Source: a phage
Length of the DNA stretch: 64,000 bases
Direction: 5' to 3' (one strand)
Sequence record: PX930852.1
Both the position numbers and the translations under genes were made by a program. This document shows positions 18,492-28,631 of the stretch, one piece after another. The notes under the pieces are model-generated. The model made no database searches. It worked only from the letters and a program-made list of their open reading frames with translations, and was not told the DNA's origin. Each line of letters opens with the position of its first letter. The stretch's first letter is position 1.

Positions 18492-18745
18492 AGCGTGATT
18501 TCTCCTTTCTTTATCATTTCTAAGGCTTGTTTTCTGTCTAAAACTTCCCAATTTTCTTTGTTAAACATCTCATAAGGTCTTGCGTAAATTTTACCATCTG
18601 CTGTAGAGATATAAGAGGCTCCAGTGACCCATAAGTCATCATTCTGCTTTATCATGATACCTGTGCTGCTCACATAGTACAATGTTTTGCGGGGTTTGTA
18701 GAGCAAGTATATTGGTCGCTCATGTTTTTCTATTAAATCTTTCAT
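18488..18745 (-). CDS. Hypothetical small protein between nrdA and nrdB
   Basis: ORF; start assigned to an internal Met to avoid overlap with nrdA. Confidence 0.3.
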   Translation of the reverse strand: MKDLIEKHERPIYLLYKPRKTLYYVSSTGIMIKQNDDLWVTGASYISTADGKIYARPYEMFNKENWEVLDRKQALEMIKKGEITL

Positions 18746-18800
18746 GGTCTCTCCAAAGTTATTTTTAGAGGGTCTTTTACGACCCTCATAATTGTTAAAA

Positions 18801-21035
18801 CTAAACACCACAACCCTCACAATAAGCATCTTGCAGTGCAGATTTACCTACACCAATGCGACTGTTAAGGTAGTACATGGTTTTCATACCTACCGAGTTG
18901 GCATAAATCATGTACTTCAAAGCTTGAGCCAATGATACCTTCTTAGCTTTTGCGTAGTCAACATAGAAATCTGAAGAGATAGCTTGACCAGTGAACTTTT
19001 GAACAATTGCATAACAATCAATCAGGTCAAAGGTGTCAATACCCCAAGCAATTTCATATACATACTTCAACTCTTCATAATCTGGAACAATAAACAGTAC
19101 GTTACCGGTTGCAGACTTTTTAGTTAAAATAAAGTCACGAATTGGATACAAGCCATTTGTCGTATTGGTTGCCAGTGAAGAACTCTCATTAGGCATGTAA
19201 GCTTCTAATACAGAGTTTCGGATTCCACCATTTTCTTTGATACGTTGTGCTAAGTCATCCCAATCATATCGTAGTTTTGCATCATGCTTTTCATCAATCT
19301 TCTTGTTAGCTGTCTTTGGAGGAACCCAGCCTTCAGGATACTTAGTGAACTTCATGTACTCTGGCACGCCACGTTCTTTAGCAAGTCTCAGAGAGGCTTC
19401 ATGCAGATAGTAAGAGTGCATCTCTGCCAGTTCATGAAGTTTCGTTTTGCCTGCTCGTGAAGAGTAGTTCACGTAGTTCTTCGCAAGGTAATGAGCCACA
19501 TTTGTAAGGCCAATCCCAACAGAACGACGCTTCTGAACGTGGTTACGCATCGACGGATACGGATAATCCATAAGGTCAATAACGGAGTCAACCATTGCAA
19601 GAGCATAATAAGCAACGTCAGCGTATTCATCTTCTGAAATTCTCCCTGCAACCAAACTAGCTAGGAAGCAAAGAGCCACCTCACCATCCTCTTTCACAGC
19701 ATCATCTCTGTAAAGGTCTGTCTCTTTCTCAAAACCATACACTGGCAATACAATTTCCATACAAAGATTTGACATCTTCAATGGTTCTTTAAATGGTGTA
19801 TGTGTGTTTGCATTGTTAGTGAAGAATGGATACACACGACCTGTAGCATAACGCTGTTGAATAAACAGCTTAGCAATTTCACGAGCCTTTACCCGTCTGT
19901 GCTTAACACCTGAATGTACTGCATGACCAACTGCCATAGCAAACTCATCAGCAGATGCTGTGTAGAACATGTCATAGAGTTTTGGTGCATCTTTGTAAGA
20001 GAATAGCAACCAATCTGTATCATACTGAACACACTGCCAGAAATAATCGTTTGTGCCGAATGAATAGTCCATCTCATTAATACGTTTAGAAGGAACCGTT
20101 GTAGGGTGCTTCAAACGCAGTAAATCTTCAATCTGCGGGTCTAGAGCAGTGTAGAAGTTATTAGCTGAACCGCCACGACTCTTCTGTTTGTTTGCCTCTA
20201 CAGATGAACGTACAAGCTTGTAATAAGGTAGTTTACCCATGTGCTCAATCGTATTTTGACGGATACCATCACCAATAGTACGTGTCTCCATCAGCATACC
20301 AATACCAGCTTGCTTTGTGGTCATATCATAAGCAACCTTTGCAGCAATACCAAGAGACTCAGCAGTATCATTTGCCTTAATCAAACAGCATGACGCATAG
20401 CCCGATTTAGTTGCTCTTAACCCGTTTAAATAGGGCGTAGGAGCGTTAATCTTCAGGTCAGATAGGTAAGTGTACAGCTTGATAACATCTTGCAGTCTAC
20501 GGTGCTTTGGTTGCTTCTCAAAGGCTTTCATAGCCATACCCATGAACATAAATTGTGGTGACTCAAAAAGTCTTCCCGTTTTAATATCACGGATACCATA
20601 CTTGTCTCTGAACTGTTTCAAGACTGCATAACCGTAAGAGATATCTTTTGAGTGCACAATGTAACCTTGCAGGTATTCAAGCTCTTCCTGTGAGTAGTCC
20701 ATCTTCTCCCAAAGTCCTGCTCTCTCCATATTTTTAACGAAGGTAACCAGCGTAGGAACCTTAGTAAAGCCTCCAAAGGCTTCTTTGTAGATAATACCCA
20801 AAAGCAGTCGTCCAGCCATATCTGAGTACTCTTGAGTTTGTTTATCAACACAAACATCAATCATGGCTTGGTGCATCTCTTTTGTGGTACAACCTTCATA
20901 GACACGTTTCATAGCTTCCATAGTGACTTCTGACCAGATAATTCCACGCTTATCTGCCCATGATGCCCATTTATTCAATCTTTCTGGGTCAAAGCTTACT
21001 ACTGTACCGTTTGATTTTTTAATTGTCTTAATCAT
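18801..21035 (-). CDS. nrdA: Ribonucleotide reductase class Ia large subunit
   Basis: 744 aa; conserved RNR-alpha blocks and C-terminal CEGCG redox tail. Confidence 0.85.
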   Translation of the reverse strand: MIKTIKKSNGTVVSFDPERLNKWASWADKRGIIWSEVTMEAMKRVYEGCTTKEMHQAMIDVCVDKQTQEYSDMAGRLLLGIIYKEAFGGFTKVPTLVTFVKNMERAGLWEKMDYSQEELEYLQGYIVHSKDISYGYAVLKQFRDKYGIRDIKTGRLFESPQFMFMGMAMKAFEKQPKHRRLQDVIKLYTYLSDLKINAPTPYLNGLRATKSGYASCCLIKANDTAESLGIAAKVAYDMTTKQAGIGMLMETRTIGDGIRQNTIEHMGKLPYYKLVRSSVEANKQKSRGGSANNFYTALDPQIEDLLRLKHPTTVPSKRINEMDYSFGTNDYFWQCVQYDTDWLLFSYKDAPKLYDMFYTASADEFAMAVGHAVHSGVKHRRVKAREIAKLFIQQRYATGRVYPFFTNNANTHTPFKEPLKMSNLCMEIVLPVYGFEKETDLYRDDAVKEDGEVALCFLASLVAGRISEDEYADVAYYALAMVDSVIDLMDYPYPSMRNHVQKRRSVGIGLTNVAHYLAKNYVNYSSRAGKTKLHELAEMHSYYLHEASLRLAKERGVPEYMKFTKYPEGWVPPKTANKKIDEKHDAKLRYDWDDLAQRIKENGGIRNSVLEAYMPNESSSLATNTTNGLYPIRDFILTKKSATGNVLFIVPDYEELKYVYEIAWGIDTFDLIDCYAIVQKFTGQAISSDFYVDYAKAKKVSLAQALKYMIYANSVGMKTMYYLNSRIGVGKSALQDAYCEGCGV

Positions 21036-21051
21036 TTTTGAATCCTACAGA

Positions 21052-21075
21052 TGAAAAGAGCCTCCGAAGAGGCTC
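21052..21075 (-). terminator. Rho-independent terminator (GAGCCTC-CGAA-GAGGCTC plus T-run)
   Basis: Perfect 7-bp stem, tetraloop, T-run on minus strand. Confidence 0.5.
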
Positions 21076-21081
21076 CCTAGT

Positions 21082-21420
21082 TTAAATCTTGAAAATTTGC
21101 TCATTCTGCCACATATCGTAAAACTTATCACTTACTTTTGTGACTGAAGAAGTGTGCATACAGTTCAGGGAGAACCATGATGATGTATTATCATCCATAA
21201 TTGTTTCAAGTTTTTGTGTAACGTTCACATCCATGTCTGCAACAACGTAATTACCTCGCATCTTGCAAACAATTCTTCCAAACAAGATTGCACTTCTCCC
21301 TCTTCGGTCATCACAGTACATAACTGTGTCTCCGTGCTTAACGTCTTGTCCGATGCTGTCAACACCTAACTTAACACCTGAGATAATGTCATCATAGGAT
21401 AGCTTTTTTGCTTTAGACAC
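21082..21420 (-). CDS. Hypothetical protein
   Basis: 112-aa ORF. Confidence 0.35.
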   Translation of the reverse strand: MSKAKKLSYDDIISGVKLGVDSIGQDVKHGDTVMYCDDRRGRSAILFGRIVCKMRGNYVVADMDVNVTQKLETIMDDNTSSWFSLNCMHTSSVTKVSDKFYDMWQNEQIFKI

Positions 21421-21745
21421 GGTATTTCTCCAAGTTTCTTTTTAGATATAACCAACCGTAGTCAGTCCTTTCTACACCCATAAAAAGTGGAGCCATCACA
21501 ACTTTACCAAAAGTATTCCTGTGTTGGCAGATTTCAAAAGAATACTCTTTCTCAATATCAATCCCATATTTGTACAGGACTGCTTTTAAAACTTGTTCAT
21601 TGTCCAGAAGTGTATCTGGAGTCTCACCATATTTTTCTAGTAACGGGTCATTCATAAACACCGTCATAGAAATATTGTAGTTTGAGAAGTGGCTCTTCTG
21701 AGCCACACCCTCTTTATTAATGTTCTGTGAATCCATTATAACCAA
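21413..21745 (-). CDS. Hypothetical protein
   Basis: 110-aa ORF. Confidence 0.35.
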   Translation of the reverse strand: MVIMDSQNINKEGVAQKSHFSNYNISMTVFMNDPLLEKYGETPDTLLDNEQVLKAVLYKYGIDIEKEYSFEICQHRNTFGKVVMAPLFMGVERTDYGWLYLKRNLEKYRV

Positions 21746-22472
21746 CCCCTTTTAACCAGCACTTCAGGTTATTAGCATCATAATTCAGTTTCGGGTATGA
21801 GGTTACATGGAACTGCTCACCATCATAGTAGACAATATCTGCAATCCATAGTCCATTCTCTTTACAGAAGTCTTTATCTGCTTTAGAGGTAATTGGATTA
21901 ACTTCTACAAAACCATCTACACCCAAATCCTTTAAGCTACCTACAATACCTTTGCAGATAACGCATGTCTCAGATACTACCACAAAAAGTTCTTGGCTTT
22001 CAAGCTCTACAATGTATTCACCAAGCTGTACTTTAGGGAGATTTGATTGCTTCATAATCTTCCCATCGGCTGCACGGACAATCGCATACCACTCTTTACC
22101 ATCAACCACTGACATTCGAATAATACACTCTTGACCAGTACGCTTTTCAATGTCTGCAAGACGTTTTAAAGCTTCTTCATAATCGTCTGTGTACTTCAGG
22201 TCATTATTATAGCAAACAGCTTTCATAGCACCGTTATGGTCATGTTGTGACAGGTAAATCAAACCGTCAAGAACATATTGCAAATCTGCCTGAGCATCCA
22301 GTGTCTCAATGGGGTCTTTCTCTTCAATTGCTTTTACAAGCTCTTTTGCTTCTTCAAGCATACACAGAGATTGAGATTTCAAAGATTCCCAATACTCATT
22401 ACTGTAAGGTTGTTTTTGAGTGTTTCCACAACGAAGATTCCAGTTTTTTACTGATTCTCTTGAGTTAAACAT
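21717..22472 (-). CDS. MazG-like nucleotide pyrophosphohydrolase domain protein (tentative) with C-terminal extension
   Basis: LEEAKELVKAIEE...D..ELDAQADLQYVLDGLIY resembles the EExxE/D MazG helical motif. Confidence 0.3.
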   Translation of the reverse strand: MFNSRESVKNWNLRCGNTQKQPYSNEYWESLKSQSLCMLEEAKELVKAIEEKDPIETLDAQADLQYVLDGLIYLSQHDHNGAMKAVCYNNDLKYTDDYEEALKRLADIEKRTGQECIIRMSVVDGKEWYAIVRAADGKIMKQSNLPKVQLGEYIVELESQELFVVVSETCVICKGIVGSLKDLGVDGFVEVNPITSKADKDFCKENGLWIADIVYYDGEQFHVTSYPKLNYDANNLKCWLKGVGYNGFTEH

Positions 22473-22711
22473 TTTGGCTCCTTAAAATATCTGTTAACCT
22501 TTAGCTCTCGTGTTTCGATATATTCTAGATGCTCACGTAGCTCTTGACGTTTAAGCATTAGGTGTTGCATTTGAGATTCAACAGCTTCAACTTCTTTAAT
22601 TATTGACTCTCTAGCATTTGCAAGAATGCGCTCAAGTTCTTCAATCTTACTGTCAACTTTTGCTACATGACTCACAGCTTTACTTTTGTTAAACATTTTA
22701 TTCTCTCTCAA
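22448..22711 (-). CDS. Small coiled-coil protein
   Basis: Charged heptad-like sequence. Confidence 0.3.
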   Translation of the reverse strand: MRENKMFNKSKAVSHVAKVDSKIEELERILANARESIIKEVEAVESQMQHLMLKRQELREHLEYIETRELKVNRYFKEPKCLTQENQ

Positions 22712-22717
22712 TAGTTA

Positions 22718-23215
22718 TCAAGCACAATTTGCTTTCATTACCTTATGGATTCTTTTTTCAGCATCTTCATAAGTTTCTTTAGTAATAAACTTAATTGCTG
22801 CAATATTGGCATTGTAGAAGAGTCTGAGCTTCGAGTCAATCCTTTTTGTCATTACATCGAATTTATGTTGAAGGTTTGCTTCACCATAGACTAGGCCACC
22901 TTTTGTGTAGTAGGTTTGGATAATGTAAAAGTCAAAAAATTCTTTTCCAAAGCTCTCAATATCTTTTTTAATATACTCAGAAGAGGTTTCGTAAGTCATC
23001 CAATCACTTTCCTTAGTGACTACCTTCTTCCGAGTCTTCCCAGCAACTTTTCTTTTGGTCACACTGTTAAGCTGTTTCTTTCCAATATAATATTGTCCAG
23101 TCTTCTTACAGTGTACTAAATAGACAAAGCCGAAATGTTTAGTGGGGTCAACTTCCCCACATAAAGATACCCAATGACCATAGGTAGGGCAATTGCCAAA
23201 TCCTTTAATCTTCAT
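22718..23215 (-). CDS. GIY-YIG-like nuclease domain protein (possible homing endonuclease)
   Basis: GFVYLVHCKKTGQYYIGKK resembles GIY..YIG motif. Confidence 0.4.
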   Translation of the reverse strand: MKIKGFGNCPTYGHWVSLCGEVDPTKHFGFVYLVHCKKTGQYYIGKKQLNSVTKRKVAGKTRKKVVTKESDWMTYETSSEYIKKDIESFGKEFFDFYIIQTYYTKGGLVYGEANLQHKFDVMTKRIDSKLRLFYNANIAAIKFITKETYEDAEKRIHKVMKANCA

Positions 23216-24245
23216 TCATACACGGCTCCCAATTATATTTCTTAAAAGAGAAATTATCTTTTGGATTTCTCTCTTGATACGCTATCCAGAAATGCTGTTC
23301 CATTAACTCTAATGGTGTTTTGGTAACAGTCTGTCCATCCCATGACACATAGGTATAAGAGTCTTTTTTAGCATAAAGTTCATAGATAGCATCAAGACAC
23401 TCTTTGTAGGTCTCTTTACCACCTAAAGCATTCATCACAGCTACTTTACCAGCCCCTTTTAGGCCGAAGTAGTTGTCTGCATTGTCTCCAGCAACAGCCT
23501 GATAACACAAGAATTTAAAACCTACACCAACTGTTTTTGCAGCTTTTGGTTTTGATTTGATAGGACAATCCCAGATATCACCAACATTATTATCAGCAAT
23601 AAAAATTAGTGGTGATTTTTCATAAGTCATATCAATACAATAAGTTCCTTCAGCTTGTCGAAGGTCTTTGTCAATACTCATAAGAGCAGCTTTCTTACCC
23701 ATCTTTTCAGCTTTAGCAATTACGATTGAATCGGCTTCGAATCCTCCCTTTAAGAGTTTGAACTCTGGTCTTGACAGAAGGTATTCACGACAAGCGACTA
23801 AGTGTGTTGGTGTGACAGCATCTTTACGGTTACCTTGATATTGGTGCTCAAGACCTTTAATGTCTTTATGTTTATGCACACCTTTCTCTGTTAAATAACC
23901 TACCCAAGTTCTTTCTTTACCAACAATCTTAAGCCATTCCTGAAGCACCTGTTGAGTAGCCATGATAGCTTCTTTTTCACTCTTAGCTTCTTTCCAAGTC
24001 TGTCTTTCCCATTCATCTTCATCAAATGTCAGGCCAAGTTCTTCCACAAGGATTCTCTGGTCTGCTAACCATCTTGCAGCATCTTTCGCATTGTCAAATG
24101 GTTCAGATTCTTCTGCTGTGAGTTTATTGACGTATTTATATTTTGCTTTCTCAACTACACAAGCACCTTTATAGGCAATGCTGTCAGAGTCAATAAAAAC
24201 ATGTGTAACTGAATCGGGAAGTTTTGTTAATGTGTACTTCTCCAT
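23205..24245 (-). CDS. Flap endonuclease / 5'-3' exonuclease (RNase H-like)
   Basis: N-terminal acidic HVFIDSDS block and H3TH-like AGDNADNYFGLKGAGKVA motif. Confidence 0.65.
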   Translation of the reverse strand: MEKYTLTKLPDSVTHVFIDSDSIAYKGACVVEKAKYKYVNKLTAEESEPFDNAKDAARWLADQRILVEELGLTFDEDEWERQTWKEAKSEKEAIMATQQVLQEWLKIVGKERTWVGYLTEKGVHKHKDIKGLEHQYQGNRKDAVTPTHLVACREYLLSRPEFKLLKGGFEADSIVIAKAEKMGKKAALMSIDKDLRQAEGTYCIDMTYEKSPLIFIADNNVGDIWDCPIKSKPKAAKTVGVGFKFLCYQAVAGDNADNYFGLKGAGKVAVMNALGGKETYKECLDAIYELYAKKDSYTYVSWDGQTVTKTPLELMEQHFWIAYQERNPKDNFSFKKYNWEPCMNED

Positions 24246-24261
24246 TATGGCTCTCCATATG

Positions 24262-24290
24262 AAAAAGCCCCATACTAAGTACAGGGCTTT
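24262..24290 (-). terminator. Candidate rho-independent terminator
   Basis: AAAGCCC..GGGCTTT stem with T-run on minus strand. Confidence 0.4.
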
Positions 24291-24307
24291 AAAGTAACTT
24301 TTAGAGA

Positions 24308-25165
24308 TTAGTCTTCTGTATCGAAGTCTTCATCTTCTTCGTCATCTGGGTCTGGCAAATCTTCATCATCACCATCATCAGAATCATTCGAAGATTTATG
24401 GTCTGTTGCGTCTTCTTCAGTGATTTCACCGTTATCTTCGACACCATCAAGACCAAGCATAGCCAGTTCATCTTCATCCAGTTCAGGTTCACCATTAGCA
24501 CCGTTACCACCAGTGTAAGGTACAAGGGTATCGATGATAAACTGTTCCTGAATAGGTTTTGTCAGAACATTGTTCTCAAAAGTGTAGAAGTGAGTAGAAA
24601 GAATCACACTACCAAAAGAACCGTTACCAACTGCGATATCTGGATGAATTACATCATAGTTCTTGTCATCTTCATGTTTATCAGATGCTTGAGCTTTGAT
24701 TTTCTTCATCGGCTGCTTAACAGCTACACGCTTACCATTCACTTCTTCAATCAGCATTACAGGGAATGACTGTTTAGCTGTCCATACAGCACCATCTTTA
24801 TAAGCTGCTGCACGACTTACTTTCAAGATGTAGTAAGTGTCTGCTTCAAATGGTGGTTTGCAGCCAAACTTCTCTTCGAAGTCATCTGCATCAACTGCTT
24901 CAGTAGTAACTTTATCCCAACCCTCTGGGTTCTTCTTAGACTTAGTAAACTCTTTAAAGAGTTTGTTACCGTCTTCTGCCAGAATTGATACGCTGTAGTT
25001 ACAATCTTTTCCTGGGAATTTCTTGTCAATAGATTTACCTTTACCAGGACGTGGTGAAGTGTTCAGGTAATAAAACCAGACATCTTTCAGCAGGTAACGC
25101 AGAGTTTGACGTTCAGTACCGTTGTACTTCTCTACCGGAGCTTTCATTTTAACAACTTTAGACAT
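24308..25165 (-). CDS. Putative single-stranded DNA-binding protein with acidic C-terminal tail (tentative)
   Basis: Strongly acidic C-terminus (DDGDDEDLPDPDDEEDEDFDTED); located within the replication block. Confidence 0.3.
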   Translation of the reverse strand: MSKVVKMKAPVEKYNGTERQTLRYLLKDVWFYYLNTSPRPGKGKSIDKKFPGKDCNYSVSILAEDGNKLFKEFTKSKKNPEGWDKVTTEAVDADDFEEKFGCKPPFEADTYYILKVSRAAAYKDGAVWTAKQSFPVMLIEEVNGKRVAVKQPMKKIKAQASDKHEDDKNYDVIHPDIAVGNGSFGSVILSTHFYTFENNVLTKPIQEQFIIDTLVPYTGGNGANGEPELDEDELAMLGLDGVEDNGEITEEDATDHKSSNDSDDGDDEDLPDPDDEEDEDFDTED

Positions 25166-25383
25166 TATTTAAACCTCTATCTCAATTTATGAAGAGTGCC
25201 AATTCTAATTTGTTGATACTCTATTGTCAAATACTAATTACTGGAAGTTGTGCTTATCTTTAGAAGCTGCTTTACGTGCAGTTTTTCCAGTTCTTACACG
25301 TTTTTCTTCATAGTATTTTGCTGGTTTTCCAGCAGTGGCTTTTAAGGAATCCCCAAAAACTTTTTCAAATGCTTTAGAGTGTT

Positions 25384-25677
25384 TCATGATATTCTCCGAT
25401 ATACTTGATATTCAAACACATTTTCTTTCATTATAAACAGCCAACCAATATCATGCTGAGGCAGTGTAATGATGACTGTAATCATACTTTGATGGAACTG
25501 TTGTTCTATTTCAACTTCTCCATCGCATTTCATGTGGAGCATTCTATAGAACCTATCAACCTTTGTCAAACACTCTTCATGAAATTTATTTAAACTTTTT
25601 TCTTCAAAGAAGGGTGTGAACCCCTCTCTTTTATAGCTATCACTCAGTTTCGAACGGGCAGTCATCTGCATCCTCAC
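25384..25677 (-). CDS. Hypothetical protein
   Basis: 97-aa ORF. Confidence 0.3.
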   Translation of the reverse strand: MRMQMTARSKLSDSYKREGFTPFFEEKSLNKFHEECLTKVDRFYRMLHMKCDGEVEIEQQFHQSMITVIITLPQHDIGWLFIMKENVFEYQVYRRIS

Positions 25678-27631
25678 TTAATACAGGTGGAATCGTTGAG
25701 CTTTGACGCTGCTCTTCAGTATAGACTTCACCAGTCTCACGGTCAAACACTTCATCCTCATAATGTGGCAAAGAGTCATCGTAATGGTCTTCAGCTTCAC
25801 CAATACCAAACTGTTGGCGAATATTTTCTGCTGCACCATCAATGTCAACTCCACAACCAGAGGCTTTAATGAGACGTCCTGTATCTGGATTGTACCAAGT
25901 ATGACCAGCAATGCCTGTTGACTTACCGTGACGACGGCATTTAGTTAACTTGATTTTTGTCAAGTTTTTCTTAACAGGGTCTGGGTCAACCTTGTTACGC
26001 ATTAACAGAATGTTGTTCATAGAAATCTGGAAATACGCACCAGAACCTTTAATATCCTCTTCAGAGATATCTCCACCTTCGGAGTTAGCCTTCTGACCAC
26101 CTGCACTCTTACGAACGTGACAGACGTTCACCTGTGCATACTGGTAGCGTTTGCAACGACGCAATAGCTCAGATAAAACTTCCTCTTCATCCGTATCTGA
26201 ACGTGACAGAGCCAACGTAATAGGGTCAAGAATAATAATCTTACAGTCTAAGCTGTTAACAAGATAGTCAACAAACTCCAGCAAGTTATCTTGGTCAATT
26301 GCCCCTTGATGGTCAACGATGTGGATACGACGACCTTTAGACAGTTCTGCGTGTGCCTTCTTCAATTCATCCCAATCACGTTCGTCATAAGGAATCTCAG
26401 AAATCTGCTTGCTCAGGTGGATTGCACAGAGCATCTCCATCAACTCTTCATAGGTATCTTCTACAGGAATTACACCAATATTGTAATCGGTATCTTTCCA
26501 AGCAGTATAAATCATTTCACGAGTGTATGCAGATTTACCCACTGAAGATGGTGCTGCCAGAGTTGTAATCTCACCTAAACCGTAACCACCATAAGTCAGT
26601 CTGTTCAAATCCCCGAAAGATTCTGGGAAAGGAATCAATGGAATCTGACCACGATTCTTCATTGCCTCAAAACCATCTGCAAAGTTCTTGATACCAGCAG
26701 GGCAATAACGAGGTGCGTTGTAGATACGCTGCTTAAATCCTTCCAGAACTGTGTCTTTCTCTTTATAGAACTTTGTCCACCATTCGTTAAGGTCTTTTAC
26801 ACCCTCTGGATACTGGAATAAACGAACCTTCTCGATAGGTAAGATACCAGCAGCCTCTTTGGTAGCTTTAGCACCTGCTTCATCGTTATCAAAGCACAAG
26901 TAAATTTCATCAAATGATGTGATGTACTGATAGTTATCTTTGATAGACTTGATGTTTGCACCTGACGGAACAGATACATGACAGTAATTCTTACGACGAG
27001 ATTTGTCCTTAATCGCAAGAGAAGTCATATAGATTGCTGTCGCACATTCCATCTCACCTTCCCAGATGAATAGACGGTTACCACCTTCTGGAGCAATCCA
27101 TGAACCGAACATTGCCAGTTCACCTTTAATGTCTCCAACACCACCTGAGAAGTCTTTTAGCTTACCTCGTAGGTGTTCTTTTGGATGGTCTTCTGGATAA
27201 CGATGACGTACACGGTAACCGACGTGCTCTAGCTTACCATCTTCATTACGTTTGTAAGTTGGATAGAAATGCGCATCAATTTCACCGTCACTGTCAATGT
27301 CAACCTTGATACCCAAACGCTCAAGAACTTTTGCAGGAATCTTCCTGTCCTTTAAGTCCATTGCTTCAAGGTTTTCTTTCACATCGTCTAAATCCATTCC
27401 ACGGAAAGTACGGTTTTTATTGTCTGAACCAGTAGAATAAGTGCTCACGATTTGTCCTTTATCAAAATCCCACTCTGGGAAACCTTTGTTACAACTAAAG
27501 CAAGTCATTGAATAAGAATCATCGTCATGGTGATAGATTGAACCAGCATCTGATGAACCACAACGTGGACATGCGCAATGACCAACAAACTGACCAGCCT
27601 CTTTCAATTTACGACCTTTAGACATTAGCAC
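25640..27631 (-). CDS. Bifunctional DNA primase-helicase (T7 gp4-like)
   Basis: N-terminal zinc ribbon CPRCGSSD...CFSCNKG, central TOPRIM-like region, C-terminal DnaB-type helicase with Walker A AAPSSVGKSAYT. Confidence 0.8.
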   Translation of the reverse strand: MLMSKGRKLKEAGQFVGHCACPRCGSSDAGSIYHHDDDSYSMTCFSCNKGFPEWDFDKGQIVSTYSTGSDNKNRTFRGMDLDDVKENLEAMDLKDRKIPAKVLERLGIKVDIDSDGEIDAHFYPTYKRNEDGKLEHVGYRVRHRYPEDHPKEHLRGKLKDFSGGVGDIKGELAMFGSWIAPEGGNRLFIWEGEMECATAIYMTSLAIKDKSRRKNYCHVSVPSGANIKSIKDNYQYITSFDEIYLCFDNDEAGAKATKEAAGILPIEKVRLFQYPEGVKDLNEWWTKFYKEKDTVLEGFKQRIYNAPRYCPAGIKNFADGFEAMKNRGQIPLIPFPESFGDLNRLTYGGYGLGEITTLAAPSSVGKSAYTREMIYTAWKDTDYNIGVIPVEDTYEELMEMLCAIHLSKQISEIPYDERDWDELKKAHAELSKGRRIHIVDHQGAIDQDNLLEFVDYLVNSLDCKIIILDPITLALSRSDTDEEEVLSELLRRCKRYQYAQVNVCHVRKSAGGQKANSEGGDISEEDIKGSGAYFQISMNNILLMRNKVDPDPVKKNLTKIKLTKCRRHGKSTGIAGHTWYNPDTGRLIKASGCGVDIDGAAENIRQQFGIGEAEDHYDDSLPHYEDEVFDRETGEVYTEEQRQSSTIPPVLSEDADDCPFETE

Positions 27632-27830
27632 CTCTTCGTTGTAGTTCTGCCTTCAATCCATTTTCAATCTTGTCCAGTTCATGAATTTCATCTGCAATCT
27701 CTTTCCTTCGTGATTCAACTCTCTTAAGACGTTCAATCATTACCTCATTGGAAAGAGATGAGAGTTCCACTAAACGGTGGTCAATAACTTTAAAATTGTC
27801 TTTTACTCTCATCTTCATTATCTCTTTCAA
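27618..27830 (-). CDS. Small coiled-coil protein
   Basis: 70-aa ORF. Confidence 0.3.
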   Translation of the reverse strand: MKEIMKMRVKDNFKVIDHRLVELSSLSNEVMIERLKRVESRRKEIADEIHELDKIENGLKAELQRRGANV

Positions 27831-28570
27831 ACTTTAATGATGGCTCTTAGCTTGTTCTCAAGGTCTGCAAGAGTACCATTATTATGAATAATGTCACGCT
27901 CATATTTTGTAGAAATCCCATTTTCTGAAACATGTGATGAAACTTTGTCCACATTGTCTCTTTTTACTTCAATAGTTTGGTGTGCAAATCTACTCAGCCA
28001 TTCAGCTTCAGAGTCAAATCTTAAATCACTGATTAAGACAAAACCATATTGATTTCTAAGTGAGCACATTTCATGGAATCTAACCATTCTTTTTTCAAGG
28101 TCTTTAGACCAGAACTTGTCGCCCATTACTTTACGGACAACTTCAGTACCCCAAATCTGTTGAATTTGTCTTGATGAGAATTTATACTTTTTACTAAACC
28201 CCAGACGTGTCAATAGAGTCGGTTTAGCAACCTTCTTAAGCTCCATGATTAATCGTCCGGTTAACTCTGACATAAGCTTGAAGTCCATATGGTAACGTTC
28301 ATCCCTGAAGGTGAACTCCATAGCTTCCGTAACTTTAAACATCAGTTCATGATATGATAAGTCAAATACCTGCGGAGTCTCTTTAGTTTCACCGTACAGG
28401 TCATTCCAAGTCAAGTCAAATATCTTTGATGCAGATAGTTTAAGGTTGTCTGCAAAGGCCATTACTGCAACATTGTAGCCGTGCTCATCCTCTAAGATGT
28501 TCTTCACAATAGAACATGAGGTGTCTTTTCCAGAACGCGCCTTTCCAGTAAATGCTATAATATTACTCAT
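27827..28570 (-). CDS. Deoxynucleoside monophosphate kinase
   Basis: N-terminal P-loop FTGKARSGKDT closely resembles phage dNMP kinase (T4 gp1-type) P-loop. Confidence 0.65.
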   Translation of the reverse strand: MSNIIAFTGKARSGKDTSCSIVKNILEDEHGYNVAVMAFADNLKLSASKIFDLTWNDLYGETKETPQVFDLSYHELMFKVTEAMEFTFRDERYHMDFKLMSELTGRLIMELKKVAKPTLLTRLGFSKKYKFSSRQIQQIWGTEVVRKVMGDKFWSKDLEKRMVRFHEMCSLRNQYGFVLISDLRFDSEAEWLSRFAHQTIEVKRDNVDKVSSHVSENGISTKYERDIIHNNGTLADLENKLRAIIKV

Positions 28571-28631
28571 TTTATCTCCATTAATTACTAAAAAGCCCCC
28601 AACTAAGGAGGCTTGTAAGATTTATAAAGAC

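Noticed and set aside
28590-28620. Possible terminator hairpin after the dNMP kinase gene
   Set aside because: The stem is imperfect (AGCCCCCAACTAAGGAGGCTT) with a weak T-run; not convincing enough to annotate.
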